Shown here: positions 63,401-64,000 of the stretch, in pieces
Layout: each line of letters starts with the position of its first letter
How positions within the stretch are numbered: position 1 is the stretch's first letter
Assembly: GCA_036339295.1 (NCBI GenBank)
Contig: JAYZBK010000079.1
Location: 240 to 64,239, forward strand
Length of the DNA stretch: 64,000 nucleotides
Direction: 5' to 3'
Source of the DNA: Planctomycetota bacterium
GTDB taxonomy: Bacteria; Planctomycetota; Phycisphaerae; Phycisphaerales; SM1A02
The notes under the pieces: model-generated
Databases searched by the model: none
What the model saw: the letters and a program-made list of their open reading frames with translations, nothing else
What the model was told of the DNA's origin: nothing
Program-made: the position numbers and the translations under genes

Positions 63401-64000
63401 GACGCTTCACCGATCTCGTCTTCGCCGTCGGCGCAACCCGTTCGACGTCCCGGAAGACCGGACTTCTGGCGGAGTACGTCTCCGAGGCGCCGCCCGAGGA
63501 CGTCGCCCACGCCCTGTCGGTGCTCCTGGGCCGACGCACGCGACGGATGGTCTCGACTCGCCTGCTGCGCACCTGGGCGGCCGAGGAATCGGGGGTCCCC
63601 GACTGGATGATGGCGGCCTGCCACGACCATGCCGGCGATCTCGCGGAGACCCTGGCGCTGCTCGTTCCCGAATCATCCCCGATCGAGGCTCCGGACCGAC
63701 CATCCCCGAGCCTGGACACGGTGATGCGGCGCTACGTACTGGCGCCGGAGATGCAGTCGCCGCGCACCGCCCGGTCTCGTCTCGTCGAGGCCTGGGGGAC
63801 CCTCGATCGCCGGGAGCGGTTCGTGCTCCACAAGCTCATCGGCGGGGCCTTCCGGATCGGCGTGGCTCGTGGACTGGTGGTGGCGGCCCTGGCACGAGTC
63901 GCGGGCGTGGAGCCGGCCACGATCGCCCAGAGGCTGTCGGGAAGTCCTCCGCTCGACGGCCCGGGAGTCGCTCGACTCCTCGATGGTTCACGGGATCCGG
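63397..64000 (+). CDS. ATP-dependent DNA ligase, ligase-associated DDR type (5' partial, runs off window)
   Basis: Not in the ORF track because it is open-ended. ATG 63397 overlaps the exonuclease stop (ATGA). My translation is MRRFTDLVFAVGATRSTSRKTGLLAEYV...RERFVLHKLIGGAFRIGVARGLV, the N-terminal DNA-binding domain pattern of ATP-dependent ligases. Confidence 0.75.
   Translation, partial: MRRFTDLVFAVGATRSTSRKTGLLAEYVSEAPPEDVAHALSVLLGRRTRRMVSTRLLRTWAAEESGVPDWMMAACHDHAGDLAETLALLVPESSPIEAPDRPSPSLDTVMRRYVLAPEMQSPRTARSRLVEAWGTLDRRERFVLHKLIGGAFRIGVARGLVVAALARVAGVEPATIAQRLSGSPPLDGPGVARLLDGSRDP

Noticed and set aside
1-64000. Window-wide look for CRISPR arrays, IS elements, rRNA, prophage or toxin-antitoxin pairs.
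   Set aside because: I saw no regularly spaced 25-40-nt repeats, no transposase, integrase or capsid motifs in any frame, and no rRNA-like low-GC conserved stretches. The only RNA gene I can support is tRNA-Arg.

Overview
High-GC (roughly 70%) bacterial chromosomal segment. It is most likely Planctomycetota, an inference from PSCyt1-type heme c proteins, a DUF1573 lipoprotein, PPC/dockerin-tailed secreted enzymes and McsAB without CtsR. I call about 55 tightly packed protein genes, many with 1-4 nt start/stop overlaps, plus one tRNA-Arg(TCT). I saw no rRNA, CRISPR array, transposase or integrase. Most content is housekeeping: rpsL, rnhA, an rpmF-plsX-fabH-fabD-(lipoprotein)-fabG-acpP-fabF cluster, PIN-PhoH2, Nif3, an RND efflux pair, gatCA, a 7TM-HD protein, mutY, psd, tsaB, nagZ, kdsA, mcsAB, gluQ, ribE, purH and a lone nuoC. 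The window ends in the start of a ligase-associated DNA-damage-response module. The very long track ORFs (800-1600 aa) antisense to these genes are GC-composition artefacts. I found no clear defence-island-like or mobile system. The best candidates for undescribed biology are: (1) a translationally coupled operon encoding a membrane-anchored protein of about 19 tandem 22-aa repeats, an MscS-family channel with a large periplasmic domain and a small unknown protein (42553-46474); (2) a secreted thioredoxin-like / heme c / PHM-like copper monooxygenase / EF-hand fusion (39031-41106); (3) a fabG whose Rossmann motif lies upstream of any ATG/GTG/TTG; (4) an insert-bearing MmcB-like PD-(D/E)XK nuclease abutting the tRNA; (5) a modular repeat array in the fabF/fliN-like spacer. 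All functional calls come from reading motifs by eye, with no database search.
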